A stretch of 64,000 nt of DNA from Candidatus Sumerlaeaceae bacterium (lineage in GTDB: Bacteria; Sumerlaeota; Sumerlaeia; Sumerlaeales; Sumerlaeaceae): positions 3,850 to 67,849 of the forward strand of contig JBPCLP010000034.1 of the NCBI GenBank assembly GCA_051003195.1. The letters run 5' to 3'. The position numbers and the translations under genes are program-made. Within the stretch, counting starts at the first letter, position 1, and every line of letters starts with the position of its first letter. Of the stretch, positions 1 through 8,941 are shown piece by piece. The notes under the pieces were generated by a model. That model was given only the letters and a program-made list of their open reading frames with translations, was not told the origin of the DNA and did not search any database.

Positions 1-57
1 ATCAGCGACAAAAGCGCGACGCGCGCAGCAGAGGAAATCCATGCGGCAATCGACTGA
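1..57 (+). CDS. 3' end of an upstream gene (ISDKSATRAAEEIHAAID*), truncated by the window edge; possibly miaA
   Basis: Open frame from position 1 to TGA at 55-57. The miaA guess rests only on common miaA-hfq synteny. Confidence 0.3.
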   Translation: MSDKSATRAAEEIHAAID

Positions 58-193
58 CCTGGCGGCAGCGCTATTCTCTTGTAAATGTGCGGCACATCCT
101 CCTCTTTAGGCTTGATATGAACCGGGCGTGGCGCCTAGCAACGTGGCTTCGCATAGTGTACAGTAGTGTTGTAGAAGGATGAGAGGATCAGTG

Positions 194-652
194 ATGTCGA
201 AGGCAGCGATGAACTTGCAGGACAGCTTTCTTAACCAGGTGCGGCGCGAAAATGCCGAAGTAAAGGTGCTGCTGGTCAATGGCACCGTACTGCGCGGCAT
301 CGTGAAAGGTTTCGACAATTTCACCCTGATCCTGAACAACCGCAATGGTCAGCACCTGGTCTACAAGCATGCCATCGCGCAGCTCGTGAGCCATCGCCCT
401 CAAGGCCAGCGGCCGCACGACGAGGAACATGGCGCTGCCGGCGAGTTGGGTGAATCCGGAGATCATAGCGAGTCACACCACGGCGAATCGCCTGGCGAGG
501 AGCCTGTAATGCAAGCTGCCCCCGCGGCAGCATCCGCACCATCGCCTTCGCCTTCGCACAAACAGGGTGACAATCGCGGCAACAAGCCCCGCAAAGAGGG
601 GTTCAATACGCTGGACCTGAGCGGCGTTAAGATCGGTGGCGACAAGAAGTAG
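194..652 (+). CDS. hfq: RNA chaperone Hfq with long disordered C-terminal extension
   Basis: NLQDSFLNQVRR...LVNGTVLRGIVKGFDNFTLIL...QHLVYKHAI matches Sm1/Sm2 motifs; GAGAGGA RBS at 181-187 before ATG 194. Confidence 0.93.
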   Translation: MSKAAMNLQDSFLNQVRRENAEVKVLLVNGTVLRGIVKGFDNFTLILNNRNGQHLVYKHAIAQLVSHRPQGQRPHDEEHGAAGELGESGDHSESHHGESPGEEPVMQAAPAAASAPSPSPSHKQGDNRGNKPRKEGFNTLDLSGVKIGGDKK

Positions 653-660
653 CCCGTCGC

Positions 661-3171
661 TTAATTACCGGCTGGCGCTCTCCGTGCGGCAGGGATATTT
701 TCATCCGCATTGGCAGATGGCTCGAGTGCGTCGTCGAAATTAGGTTCGGCCGTGCGTTCCTCTTTATCGTCCTCATCTTCGTCCCGCGCGCGGGATGTCT
801 TACGAGTGACTTCCGCATCTTCGCCGCGCTTCGCCGGGCCGCTCACCTTCGCCGCCTGCTGCTCCTTCGCCCATTGCGTCCAGCTTTGCTTCGCGAGCGC
901 GCTGTTGGGAGCACCGGCTGCATACTCGTCCAGGTCGGGAATCGGTGTCGCGCCAGGTTGAACGGGTTTAGCCACGCCACGCGTGCTGTGGACCGGTGTG
1001 GGCTGCACCGGAACGGAGACAGTGCGAGAACCACGTTCGAGAACGAGCATGTCCGGTGCCCCAACTTCTGGTCCGGAGGTTAACTCTGCCGTCTTGCGCA
1101 CCGGCCCGACTTCTTGAATAGCCTTACGGATTCGGCGGCTTTCTGAGCCGAAGGTGATATGTGCGATATGCCCCGGTTCAATGGTTACAAACGCCCGAGG
1201 TGTCTGCTCGATCACCACACCGCTTCCCGAAAACTCGAACTCCAGTTCCAGATCCGCGAGTTTGTCGCGTACTTCGCGCATCGTCAGCCCGGTCAGATCC
1301 GGCATGCTTCCCGTGGTCGCATCATCGGTGGTGCGGTCGAGCAATTCACGCGGCACACGCCCCTCCATCTTCGCGCGAATGCGGTCCAGGGTAACTTCCA
1401 TCTTCGATGTTTCGTTCGCCTGCGGCGAAACCGGAACGCGAAGAACTTTCATTGCAGTTTCCGCGATTTCGCGAAATACGGGCGCGCTCACCTGCCCGCC
1501 ATACGTTTTCGCCCCTTTCGGGTTATCAATGGACACGTAGATGCAGACTTCCGGATTCTCCACGGGTGCAACGCCGCAGAAAGATGCGATGTAGTTCTTC
1601 ATCGTATACGTGGGCGGATGAGCAGTGTGATCGATCTTTTTTGTTGTGCCGGTTTTGCCCGCCACCCGATAATTGGGCAGGGCGGCAAGCTTGCCCGTAC
1701 CGTGCGTTACAACTCCTTCCATGAGTTGCAGCACCTTGTGGCACGCAACGGGGCTGGCTACGCGCCGCAATTTGGTTGGCTGAATGCGCTGGATGGTTTT
1801 CCCGTTGTAGTCCAGTATCTCCTGCACGACGTGCGGCTGCATGTAAATGCCCTCGTTTGCAATTGCGGCAACCGCCGCAGCCATCTGGATTCCGCTGACA
1901 CGCAACTCGTATCCCATGGGCAGCGACGACATCGACAAACCGTCCCAGCGCCGCACATCGCGCAGTTTTCCTCGCACTTCTCCAGGTAAGTCGATGCCGG
2001 TCTTTTCTCCAAATCCCAGATCCAGCAGGTGATTATAGAATCGCCGGCTATCCAGCCGCCGGGCGCACTTGATGGTACCGATGTTGCTCGATTCGGCAAA
2101 TACCTGGCGGACCGGCACCACACCCATGCTGTGCGAGTCGCGAATGGTGCGATTCACGTTATTGACCCAGGTACCGCCCTCGCAATCGACCATGTCGTCC
2201 ACGTCGACCTTCTTATCTTCCAGGAGGCACAGGAAGGTGATGATCTTCATAACAGATCCTGGTTCGATGGCATCCACGATGGCACGGCTGCGCTTCGTAA
2301 ACTCCGGAGCTTTGGACAAGTCGCTCAGGCTGAACGTGGGCACGTTAGCCATGGCAAGCACTTCGCCGGTCTTCACGTTCAGTACTACCGCGGTCCCATT
2401 ATCAGCCTGGTTCTGGTTTACTCCGCGTTCGAGAGCCGCCTCGGTCGCACCCTGGATCGTCTCGTTGATCGTCAGTTTCACGCTGTTTCCGAAGGTGGCC
2501 GCAAGCACCTCGCTATCGATGGGCTCCATCGCCGCCTGCGTCGCATTCGTACGTGCCCGGAATTTCTCCGGTTGTCCTCGCAGTTGCTCATCGTAGAATT
2601 GCTCTACGCCATCGGCACCCTTGTTGTCGCCAGTCTCGTCGCGTTGCGCATAGCCGACAACATGCGCCGCAAGCTGACCGCGGCAATAGAAGCGTTTGCC
2701 TTCCGGTTCGAAGGTGATCGCATTGCCGGGAATCTTCTTCTTATATTTAACAAGCGCATCTTTAATGGCGATGACCTTTTCCTCGGCTAGTTCGCGCGCC
2801 AGTAAAATGCGTCCTGTGCCGTTGCCCCGCAGCTTCTTCAAGATAGACTCATAATCCTTCTCAAGAATGAATGCCAGGTCGTGCGCGAGGCTCTTCAACT
2901 CGCCCACGAGTTCCTCCGGCATTCGTTTCACCTCCACGTAGGCCGCCATGAAGAACACGCTTCCGGCAAGCTCGTGTCCGTTCGCGTCGTAGATTTTCCC
3001 GCGGCTTGGGACCAGGCTGATGTCGCCGAAATGCTGCTGGTCGGCCCAGCCCTTCCAGTAATCACGTTCTACTACTTGCAGATAATAGAGACGGGGCACC
3101 AGCCCCACCATGAACACGAACGGGATGCAGTACAACGAGACGAGGCGAAGGCGGTACGTTTTCTTTAACAT
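661..3171 (-). CDS. ftsI: Class B penicillin-binding protein (FtsI/SpoVD type) with PASTA domain and long acidic C-terminal tail
   Basis: N-terminal TM, PBP dimerisation region (PSRGKIYDANG), SxxK (GSVMK), SxN (SSN), KTG (GKTGTT), PASTA (MPDLTGLTMREV); follows mraZ-rsmH-ftsL. Start placed at MLKKTYR (ATG 3171). Confidence 0.9.
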   Translation of the reverse strand: MLKKTYRLRLVSLYCIPFVFMVGLVPRLYYLQVVERDYWKGWADQQHFGDISLVPSRGKIYDANGHELAGSVFFMAAYVEVKRMPEELVGELKSLAHDLAFILEKDYESILKKLRGNGTGRILLARELAEEKVIAIKDALVKYKKKIPGNAITFEPEGKRFYCRGQLAAHVVGYAQRDETGDNKGADGVEQFYDEQLRGQPEKFRARTNATQAAMEPIDSEVLAATFGNSVKLTINETIQGATEAALERGVNQNQADNGTAVVLNVKTGEVLAMANVPTFSLSDLSKAPEFTKRSRAIVDAIEPGSVMKIITFLCLLEDKKVDVDDMVDCEGGTWVNNVNRTIRDSHSMGVVPVRQVFAESSNIGTIKCARRLDSRRFYNHLLDLGFGEKTGIDLPGEVRGKLRDVRRWDGLSMSSLPMGYELRVSGIQMAAAVAAIANEGIYMQPHVVQEILDYNGKTIQRIQPTKLRRVASPVACHKVLQLMEGVVTHGTGKLAALPNYRVAGKTGTTKKIDHTAHPPTYTMKNYIASFCGVAPVENPEVCIYVSIDNPKGAKTYGGQVSAPVFREIAETAMKVLRVPVSPQANETSKMEVTLDRIRAKMEGRVPRELLDRTTDDATTGSMPDLTGLTMREVRDKLADLELEFEFSGSGVVIEQTPRAFVTIEPGHIAHITFGSESRRIRKAIQEVGPVRKTAELTSGPEVGAPDMLVLERGSRTVSVPVQPTPVHSTRGVAKPVQPGATPIPDLDEYAAGAPNSALAKQSWTQWAKEQQAAKVSGPAKRGEDAEVTRKTSRARDEDEDDKEERTAEPNFDDALEPSANADENIPAARRAPAGN

Positions 3172-3308
3172 GTTAGTGGGCCATTGGCTGGATAAGCGTA
3201 GAGGTTGGAAACGGGAGATGCGAAGCGCAAAAACCAGAACATGCAGCACATATTGCGTTTGACTGGCGAAGGGACACAACATGGGTGAGACGTGGCGTTA
3301 GAAAATGC

Positions 3309-3761
3309 TGACCAGACCGGCAGCGACGGCATCGCGGGTGGCACTAAATCCACGATTTCCGTGTTCAACGGAGCAGGGTATCGCCAACAGGAGACGAAGT
3401 AGCAGCTTCGTCCCTGTTTTTTTGAGTCGCGCGACAGGCCGGACATGACCATCCAGCGGGCAGCGGGGTTCAGGGCAATTCCCCTGCAAGCAGCAGCAGC
3501 AAGAGCCTCGGGCATGAGCCGGTAAGGTAACGGGCTGGAATGTGCAGCGAAAATTTTCGCAGCAGTCGTCGGGAGCTTTCTCGGGAGCGGAATCAGTAGG
3601 GACACGAGCCAACGGGAACAGTACCCAGGGCCAAAAGGCCGCCGGGCGTCAACAGGAACGTGGAACGGGTCGCCGGAACGGGAGCTTGAGCGGTAGCGTG
3701 ACAACTGGATCTTTATCGGGTACATCCGCGAGGAACTGTAGCAGTGCTGCCGGTCTGGTCA
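3309..3761. other. 453-bp element bounded by perfect 16-bp inverted repeats (MITE-like or structured ncRNA)
   Basis: TGACCAGACCGGCAGC at 3309-3324 and its reverse complement at 3746-3761; TG...CA ends; flanks AATGC (3304-3308) and AATGG (3762-3766) resemble an imperfect 5-bp target duplication. Confidence 0.5.
3386..3423 (+). terminator. Rho-independent terminator on the + strand (antisense to the dcw operon)
   Basis: AACAGG-A-GACGAAG / loop TAGCAG / CTTCGTC-CCTGTT, ending in a run of 7 T. Confidence 0.6.
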
Positions 3762-3825
3762 AATGGTTAGTCGATAGTATCTTCCTTAAAATTTAGTGTG
3801 CTGCGCACCATTGTACTGCAAACTC

Positions 3826-4320
3826 TTATCTTTCAGGAACACTCGCCGCATTTGCGTTGCCGATGTCCAACAGCGTCATCAGCCGCTCGGGCATCGTGTC
3901 GCGAGGTACCGCCCCCGCAACCAGCGCGCTCTGCGAGCCCCTTGGCATATGCAACGGCTCCTCGTACTTGCGTCGAAGGGCCACTGGCACAACCGCCACC
4001 ATCTGCTGTCGTGCATCGACTTCTTTCATCTTCTCCTGCGAGGCCATGGACGCCAGCCGGGCCCGATCGCAGAAAGTCTCGTTCGCCCGTTGCAGCCGTT
4101 GTTCTTCCTGCAGCAGGTAACACACACGCTTCTGAAGCTCGTGCTGCTGAAACTTCATGTCTGTGCGCACAAACTGCAGGTGCACATGAGCCAGGGCCAG
4201 CACCCCGAGAAGTACGAATGCGGCGAGCGACTGTAGCATACGTGCATCGGTAAACGTGCTGACGCGCGGCATCGGGTCGATGCACTCGCTGATTTTCGGC
4301 AAGGTTGCTTTACGTGTCAT
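3826..4320 (-). CDS. ftsL: FtsL-like cell division protein
   Basis: Short cytoplasmic N-terminus, one TM, coiled-coil (QQHELQKRVCYLLQEEQRLQRANE); lies between rsmH and ftsI. Confidence 0.6.
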   Translation of the reverse strand: MTRKATLPKISECIDPMPRVSTFTDARMLQSLAAFVLLGVLALAHVHLQFVRTDMKFQQHELQKRVCYLLQEEQRLQRANETFCDRARLASMASQEKMKEVDARQQMVAVVPVALRRKYEEPLHMPRGSQSALVAGAVPRDTMPERLMTLLDIGNANAASVPER

Positions 4321-4404
4321 CTATCACCCACTCCCTTCAGCAGGCAAACTGGTGCTGGCACATGCTTTGCTACTTTTGACAACTAAACTGGCTTTACAAA
4401 ACCT

Positions 4405-5367
4405 TTACAAACGCTCCACGACCCGCAGCTTTGCGCTACGTGCACGTGGGTTGACGTCGACCTCCGTTGGCTCGGCAACCACCGGCTTCGGCGTCACAAT
4501 ACGGAACTGCGGTTTACGTCCACAGACGCAGACCGGTAATTCCGGTGGGCAGATGCAGCCTTGTGCCCAGGCACGGAAGGCGTCCTTCACCCGCCGATCT
4601 TCGAGCGAATGAAAGCTGATGATGCCCACCCGTGCGCCCGGCTTGCATGCGTCCCGCAACTTTGGCAGCACCTCGTCGAGCTCGGCGAGTTCCCGATTTA
4701 CCTCGATTCGCAACGCCTGGAAAACGCGCGTGGCCGGGTCCATCTTCGGAGGCCATGCCTTCCTTGGAATCGACCGTGACACGATCGCACGCAGATCGGA
4801 AGTCGTGCGGATGGGCGATGCTTTCCGCACTCTCACGATCTCCCGCGCAATGCGACGGGCAAACCGCTCTTCGCCAAAGCTATCAAAGATCCTGGACAAC
4901 TCAAACTCATCCCCAGTGGCCAGAACATCGGCCGCACTCCGGGTGCCGGGTTCCTGCGGATTCATCCGCATGTCCAGCGGCCCCTCGCGCTTGAGGCTGA
5001 AACCCCTCTCCGGCTCATCCAGGTGCAGACTGCATACTCCTACATCCAGAAAGAACCGGTCAAAATGGCCGATGCGGCGGCTGGCCAGCGCCAGGTCAAA
5101 CTGCGAAAACCGCCGCACCTCCACCTCGAACTGCTCTTCGCGGGTGAAACCAACATTTATCAGCTCCCGCGCCGCAAGTTCAGCAACCTGCGGGTCTCTA
5201 TCCAGCCCCAGGAGGAAACCTCCTGGGCTAACAGACTTTAAAAACTCTTTTGCGTGGCCGGCGGCACCGACCGTACCATCCACAACCACCTGCCCCGGCG
5301 CGAACGCCATGTGCTGCAGGCTTGCCTGCAACAAGACAGGGACGTGGACCTTACGATCACTTGACAC
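4405..5367 (-). CDS. rsmH: 16S rRNA m4C1402 methyltransferase RsmH (MraW)
   Basis: HVPVLL, VDGTVGAAGH, LGLDRDP, PLDMRMN, TRVFQALRIEVNREL, SFHSLEDRRVK, NPRARSAKLR. Confidence 0.97.
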   Translation of the reverse strand: MSSDRKVHVPVLLQASLQHMAFAPGQVVVDGTVGAAGHAKEFLKSVSPGGFLLGLDRDPQVAELAARELINVGFTREEQFEVEVRRFSQFDLALASRRIGHFDRFFLDVGVCSLHLDEPERGFSLKREGPLDMRMNPQEPGTRSAADVLATGDEFELSRIFDSFGEERFARRIAREIVRVRKASPIRTTSDLRAIVSRSIPRKAWPPKMDPATRVFQALRIEVNRELAELDEVLPKLRDACKPGARVGIISFHSLEDRRVKDAFRAWAQGCICPPELPVCVCGRKPQFRIVTPKPVVAEPTEVDVNPRARSAKLRVVERL

Positions 5368-5863
5368 CGGCCTGCCGGTTCCGGAAGACGTCTGCCATTA
5401 CCGATTTATAATTACGGGCGGTTCCGGCATTGAACTCCTTCCACTTCCCAGCGTCCCAAATCTCCATCTTGTCCTGCTGCCCCACAAAAACCACATCCGT
5501 CGTCAGTTCAGCCAGCTCACACAGGCTGGTCGTCAGCCTTATACGGTTCTGCGTATCCAGCGGGGCCACCACCATGTTTCCGAAGGTGAAGGTCCTTAGA
5601 TCGTCAGCGCTCGGATCGAACTCCGAAAGCTGCTCGAGCTTGGCCTGCACCGATCGCCAGACCGGGATTGGCAGTACCTTCACCTTTCCCGAATCCGGAA
5701 CGAGAACCACGTGGGAACCTGTAACTCCATACTGCGAATCGAGCACCTGTTTGAACTTCGCGGGAAAGGCCAGCCGAAGCGCCTTGTCCAAGCGAAGGTT
5801 GAAGTTTCCCGTAAACCCGAAGGAAAGCTCCACGGTGTTTGATTCTGGCGGTATGTTCTCCAA
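5357..5863 (-). CDS. mraZ: Transcriptional regulator MraZ
   Basis: FTGNF...LDKALRLAFP and LDTQNRIRL...VVFVGQQDKMEIWD (two SpoVT/AbrB-like repeats); directly upstream of rsmH. True start may be GTG 5833. Confidence 0.93.
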   Translation of the reverse strand: MENIPPESNTVELSFGFTGNFNLRLDKALRLAFPAKFKQVLDSQYGVTGSHVVLVPDSGKVKVLPIPVWRSVQAKLEQLSEFDPSADDLRTFTFGNMVVAPLDTQNRIRLTTSLCELAELTTDVVFVGQQDKMEIWDAGKWKEFNAGTARNYKSVMADVFRNRQAGVK

Positions 5864-5882
5864 TATTCCCCATCATTCCCCG
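5853..5882 (-). promoter_or_regulatory. Putative MraZ operator: three 10-nt direct repeats
   Basis: Minus strand CGGGGAATGA TGGGGAATAT TGGAGAACAT, 10-nt period, at the 5' end of mraZ; resembles known TGGGN-type MraZ boxes. Confidence 0.6.
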
Positions 5883-6201
5883 AAAACAGCCATAGACCTA
5901 CACAAGCGCCCAAGCACTTCGCAATAGAAAAGTGCATGGTTGATCAATTTTTTTTTGTTTGCAGATCCTTGGCACGGATAGGCTTATCGTTATAGAACGA
6001 ATGATCTACATTAAGCCCGGGGTCGTAAGTCAGAACTAAGCCGCCAAGAAAAGCTCCGGCCATTGCTCTGTAAATGCAATTGGATGAGTGATCGACAGTT
6101 CACATGCGACCAAATACAGCGCACAACATGGCCGTTGTTTGCGGAAAAATGCAGAGTACTGTGGCATTAATCACCACTACAGCACGATTGCTGTGATTCG
6201 A

Positions 6202-7038
6202 CTATTTAGGAGGATCCGGTATCCGTCCCATCCCATCTGTGGAGTCCACGTGCGTCAGCTTGAACTCCTGCACCACGGGCGAGCCTTTCCCGGTCGATGT
6301 AAGTGTAAGCCTATACCGGACATAGGGATACAGGTCGAGCCCGTTGGCCACACTTGAACCGCTAACTGCCCCATAATTGGGGTTCGGGCGCCCATCCGGG
6401 TACGTGGGGCTGATCTCATCACCCGATGGCTCAATGGGATACCATTGCGACCACTTCTCCTGGTCGGCACTCAGGGCGATTTCGACATTCACACTCGAAT
6501 CCGTTGAACCCTTAATTCTCCAGATCGGCTGAACGGCATTACTGGGTTGTGCCATGGTAAGCACGGGAGACTCCAGCGTGCCGCGCCGAACGCCTCCATC
6601 GCCCGGGGAAGTCGTATCGTCTTTTTTCGAAAGCGCCAGTCCGTCAACGGTACGTTCGACATTGTCCAGCTTGTATCCGGTAAGTGGCTTGTCAAAGTTC
6701 CGAAAATTATCGACGAGGTGGCTGACACTTACCCGAGCTTCCTGCGCTGGAGTTTCGGTGTTCGTTGTCTGTTCCGGTGCATTGGGTGCGTCCGAATTCG
6801 TCGTGGTGGATGCATCGTCTGCGCGACCGGGGCGCGAAGTGGATGCGGTCACCGGCCGGATAGTACTCCTGGTGCGTTCACTTGCATCTGGGTCGCTTTG
6901 CACTTCCTGGATCCTGGCGTCGCTGACTTTGCGCGATGCGGACTGTCGAAGAAAGATTAGCCCGCCGATGACTGCGGCGGCTATGACAATTGCGCCGGAC
7001 CAAACCAACATACGCGGGCTTTGCTTATCGGGAGTCAT
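6202..7038 (-). CDS. Hypothetical membrane-anchored protein (signal anchor, Ser/Thr-rich linker, beta-rich domain)
   Basis: MTPDKQSPRMLVWSGAIVIAAAVIGGLIFL TM segment; long ORF co-oriented with the operon; start placed at ATG 7038. Confidence 0.65.
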   Translation of the reverse strand: MTPDKQSPRMLVWSGAIVIAAAVIGGLIFLRQSASRKVSDARIQEVQSDPDASERTRSTIRPVTASTSRPGRADDASTTTNSDAPNAPEQTTNTETPAQEARVSVSHLVDNFRNFDKPLTGYKLDNVERTVDGLALSKKDDTTSPGDGGVRRGTLESPVLTMAQPSNAVQPIWRIKGSTDSSVNVEIALSADQEKWSQWYPIEPSGDEISPTYPDGRPNPNYGAVSGSSVANGLDLYPYVRYRLTLTSTGKGSPVVQEFKLTHVDSTDGMGRIPDPPK

Positions 7039-7078
7039 GAATAGCTCCAGTACGAAATGTGCTGCAAGTAAGTGGCAA

Positions 7079-7603
7079 TCACGGTTTCCGCTCAATTCGC
7101 AAGGGTTTATCGAACCAGGTAAATTGGGCCGGGACGAGAACGTGTTTATTTGCATCGGAAATACTCAGCGTTGCGGGCGGGGCGCCGGGCAGCTGGTTGA
7201 TAAATGGCGCTGAAAGGAAAACAGTCGCTGGCGCGGCACTTAAGTCGAATTGGAGATCGAATTTAACCTCGGCGCCGCTCGTGACGCTGACATGGAGCGG
7301 GCGTGCAACGATCGTTCGGCCCTCCGCTGTCATTGTTATTTTCGCGGTTGCGAGAAGCCGAAGCGTCTCGGAACTCTGGCCCCACTCCGCAGGACTGACC
7401 ACGCTATCGTCGTTGGGATCCACATACTGGTGAAGCAATCCGACACCCACACGCAGGTCCAGCATTGCCGAGCTGGTACTGAGTGTGATGGTTCCGATGA
7501 CAGAGGTTGGTCCATGGCAGTAGCCGGACCGCGCAAGCAGCAGCAGTGTAACGTAAAAGGTCAATCTACACAAGTGCGACATAATAGCCTCCGAAACCTG
7601 CAT
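7079..7603 (-). CDS. Secreted protein with predicted N-terminal His and EF-hand-like loop
   Basis: Signal-like LCRLTFYVTLLLLARSGYC then HG; DPNDDSVVSPAE loop; TGATG overlap with upstream stop at 7603. Confidence 0.65.
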   Translation of the reverse strand: MQVSEAIMSHLCRLTFYVTLLLLARSGYCHGPTSVIGTITLSTSSAMLDLRVGVGLLHQYVDPNDDSVVSPAEWGQSSETLRLLATAKITMTAEGRTIVARPLHVSVTSGAEVKFDLQFDLSAAPATVFLSAPFINQLPGAPPATLSISDANKHVLVPAQFTWFDKPLRIERKP

Positions 7604-8115
7604 CAGTGAACGCTTCCCGCTTTGCGATCAACGTCATCGCAGCCGCGAAAAGGCATCCAGCAGCTTTTGCGTAGTATAGAAAGCGGGAACCGATCCCTGA
7701 AGCCGGTTGCGACGCGGATTACGCCAAAATAAACTTCATAGTATAGTCGCGCCCAAAACCCCGCGAACCCCGTCCGGCAACGCGCCCGCAAGCAAAGCAA
7801 TTCCCCTCTTGCAGCCGGTGGCAAAAGCTCCCGGCTCCGCAGCCACTTGAGAAAGCTGAGCGCGTCCTGTGCTGCTGCCGGCACCGAGGGGTGCTCGCCG
7901 AAGTATCGGGTCACCAGGTGCGCAAATCGATCCCCCATCACGGTGAGCGTGGCGGGCAGCATTCGCTCAAGGCAGCGCCGCCGTTTATTGCGCAGTGACT
8001 GGCTGGTGCGCACGAGCATAGGCACCGAAGCGCCGGCAGGTGCCTCTCCACCGCACATCAGCGCCTGCACCATTTGCGCCTGCTGCTTTGAAATTTGTTC
8101 ACGGAAGGACGGCAT
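7603..8115 (-). CDS. Putative MNIO partner protein (helical, DUF692-associated)
   Basis: MPSFREQISKQQAQMVQALMCGGEAPAG...SQSLRNKRRR resembles the small proteins that follow DUF692 in TIGR04222 loci; overlaps the DUF692 stop. Start ATG 8115, not the 8400 ORF-track start. Confidence 0.6.
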   Translation of the reverse strand: MPSFREQISKQQAQMVQALMCGGEAPAGASVPMLVRTSQSLRNKRRRCLERMLPATLTVMGDRFAHLVTRYFGEHPSVPAAAQDALSFLKWLRSRELLPPAARGELLCLRARCRTGFAGFWARLYYEVYFGVIRVATGFRDRFPLSILRKSCWMPFRGCDDVDRKAGSVH

Positions 8116-8941
8116 GCACCCGGTTCCAGCTCGACGCAATTTGATCCATCTCTGCATTCCACTCATTGTGCGTCGGGTATTGATCGTCGCGCTCGAGCAG
8201 GACACCTCCAGGCGCACACATTCCACACAACTCATCCAGCAGCTCGAAAACCGGAGCTGCAACGCCATGCGCGTGGGAGTCGACATATGTGCCATCAGCC
8301 TGCACATAACCCCCGCCGACGTGAACATACGCGACTCGCTCCAGCGGCAGCTCCGCGAGAAAGGTTCGCGCATCCATGCGCAGATTCTGCGCGTTCGCAT
8401 ACACGTTGGCGATGTCGAGCAGCAGCATCGCGCCCGTTTCGTGCAGCAATTCGGTTACAAACTGGGCCTCACTCATTTGCGCGTCCGGCCACTCGAAAAG
8501 CGCGGAGATGTTCTCCAATGCAAAAGGCACCGGCAGAAAGGCCTGTGCCGCGCGGACGTTCTCGATCAGCACACCAAGCGAATCGCGGGTGCGTGCAACG
8601 GGCAGCAAGTGACCGGCTTCGACCCCGCCGGCGCGCACAAATGCGATGTGCTCGCTGACCAGCGGTGACTTGAATTTCTCAGCCAGAAGAGCGAGATGCT
8701 CCAGTCGCCTTTCATCGAGTGTGTCCGCGCCACCCAATGACAGCGATATGCCATGCGGCACAACGTGCACCCCATCCTCGTGCAACTGCCTGAGCGCGGG
8801 CGGAATTTCATTACTGAAATTTTCAGCAGTGATCTCGACGAAGTTTATATCCTCGCGCAGTTCGATTGCACGCGCCAGTTCAGGGCGCCAGCCGGCACCG
8901 AGACCCAGTCGCGGTAGTTGTACAGCAGTTCCGCTAATCAC
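8099..8941 (-). CDS. DUF692 family multinuclear non-heme iron oxidative enzyme (MNIO)
   Basis: GLGAGWRPE, FVEITAEN, HGISLSLGG, SEHIAF, ENIS, LLLDIANVYAN, HVGGG, DSHAH, LLERD; GTG at 8941 overlaps the upstream TAG. Confidence 0.92.
   Translation of the reverse strand: MISGTAVQLPRLGLGAGWRPELARAIELREDINFVEITAENFSNEIPPALRQLHEDGVHVVPHGISLSLGGADTLDERRLEHLALLAEKFKSPLVSEHIAFVRAGGVEAGHLLPVARTRDSLGVLIENVRAAQAFLPVPFALENISALFEWPDAQMSEAQFVTELLHETGAMLLLDIANVYANAQNLRMDARTFLAELPLERVAYVHVGGGYVQADGTYVDSHAHGVAAPVFELLDELCGMCAPGGVLLERDDQYPTHNEWNAEMDQIASSWNRVHAVLP

Noticed and set aside
3165-3725. 186-aa minus-strand ORF between ftsL and ftsI
   Set aside because: No recognisable motif, atypical composition, spans the inverted-repeat element; probably spurious.
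3304-3766. RNase P RNA (5' end GCTGACCAGAC resembles E. coli M1 RNA; similar size)
   Set aside because: The universally conserved GAGGAAAGUCC and ACAnAAnnCGGCUUA regions are absent on both strands.
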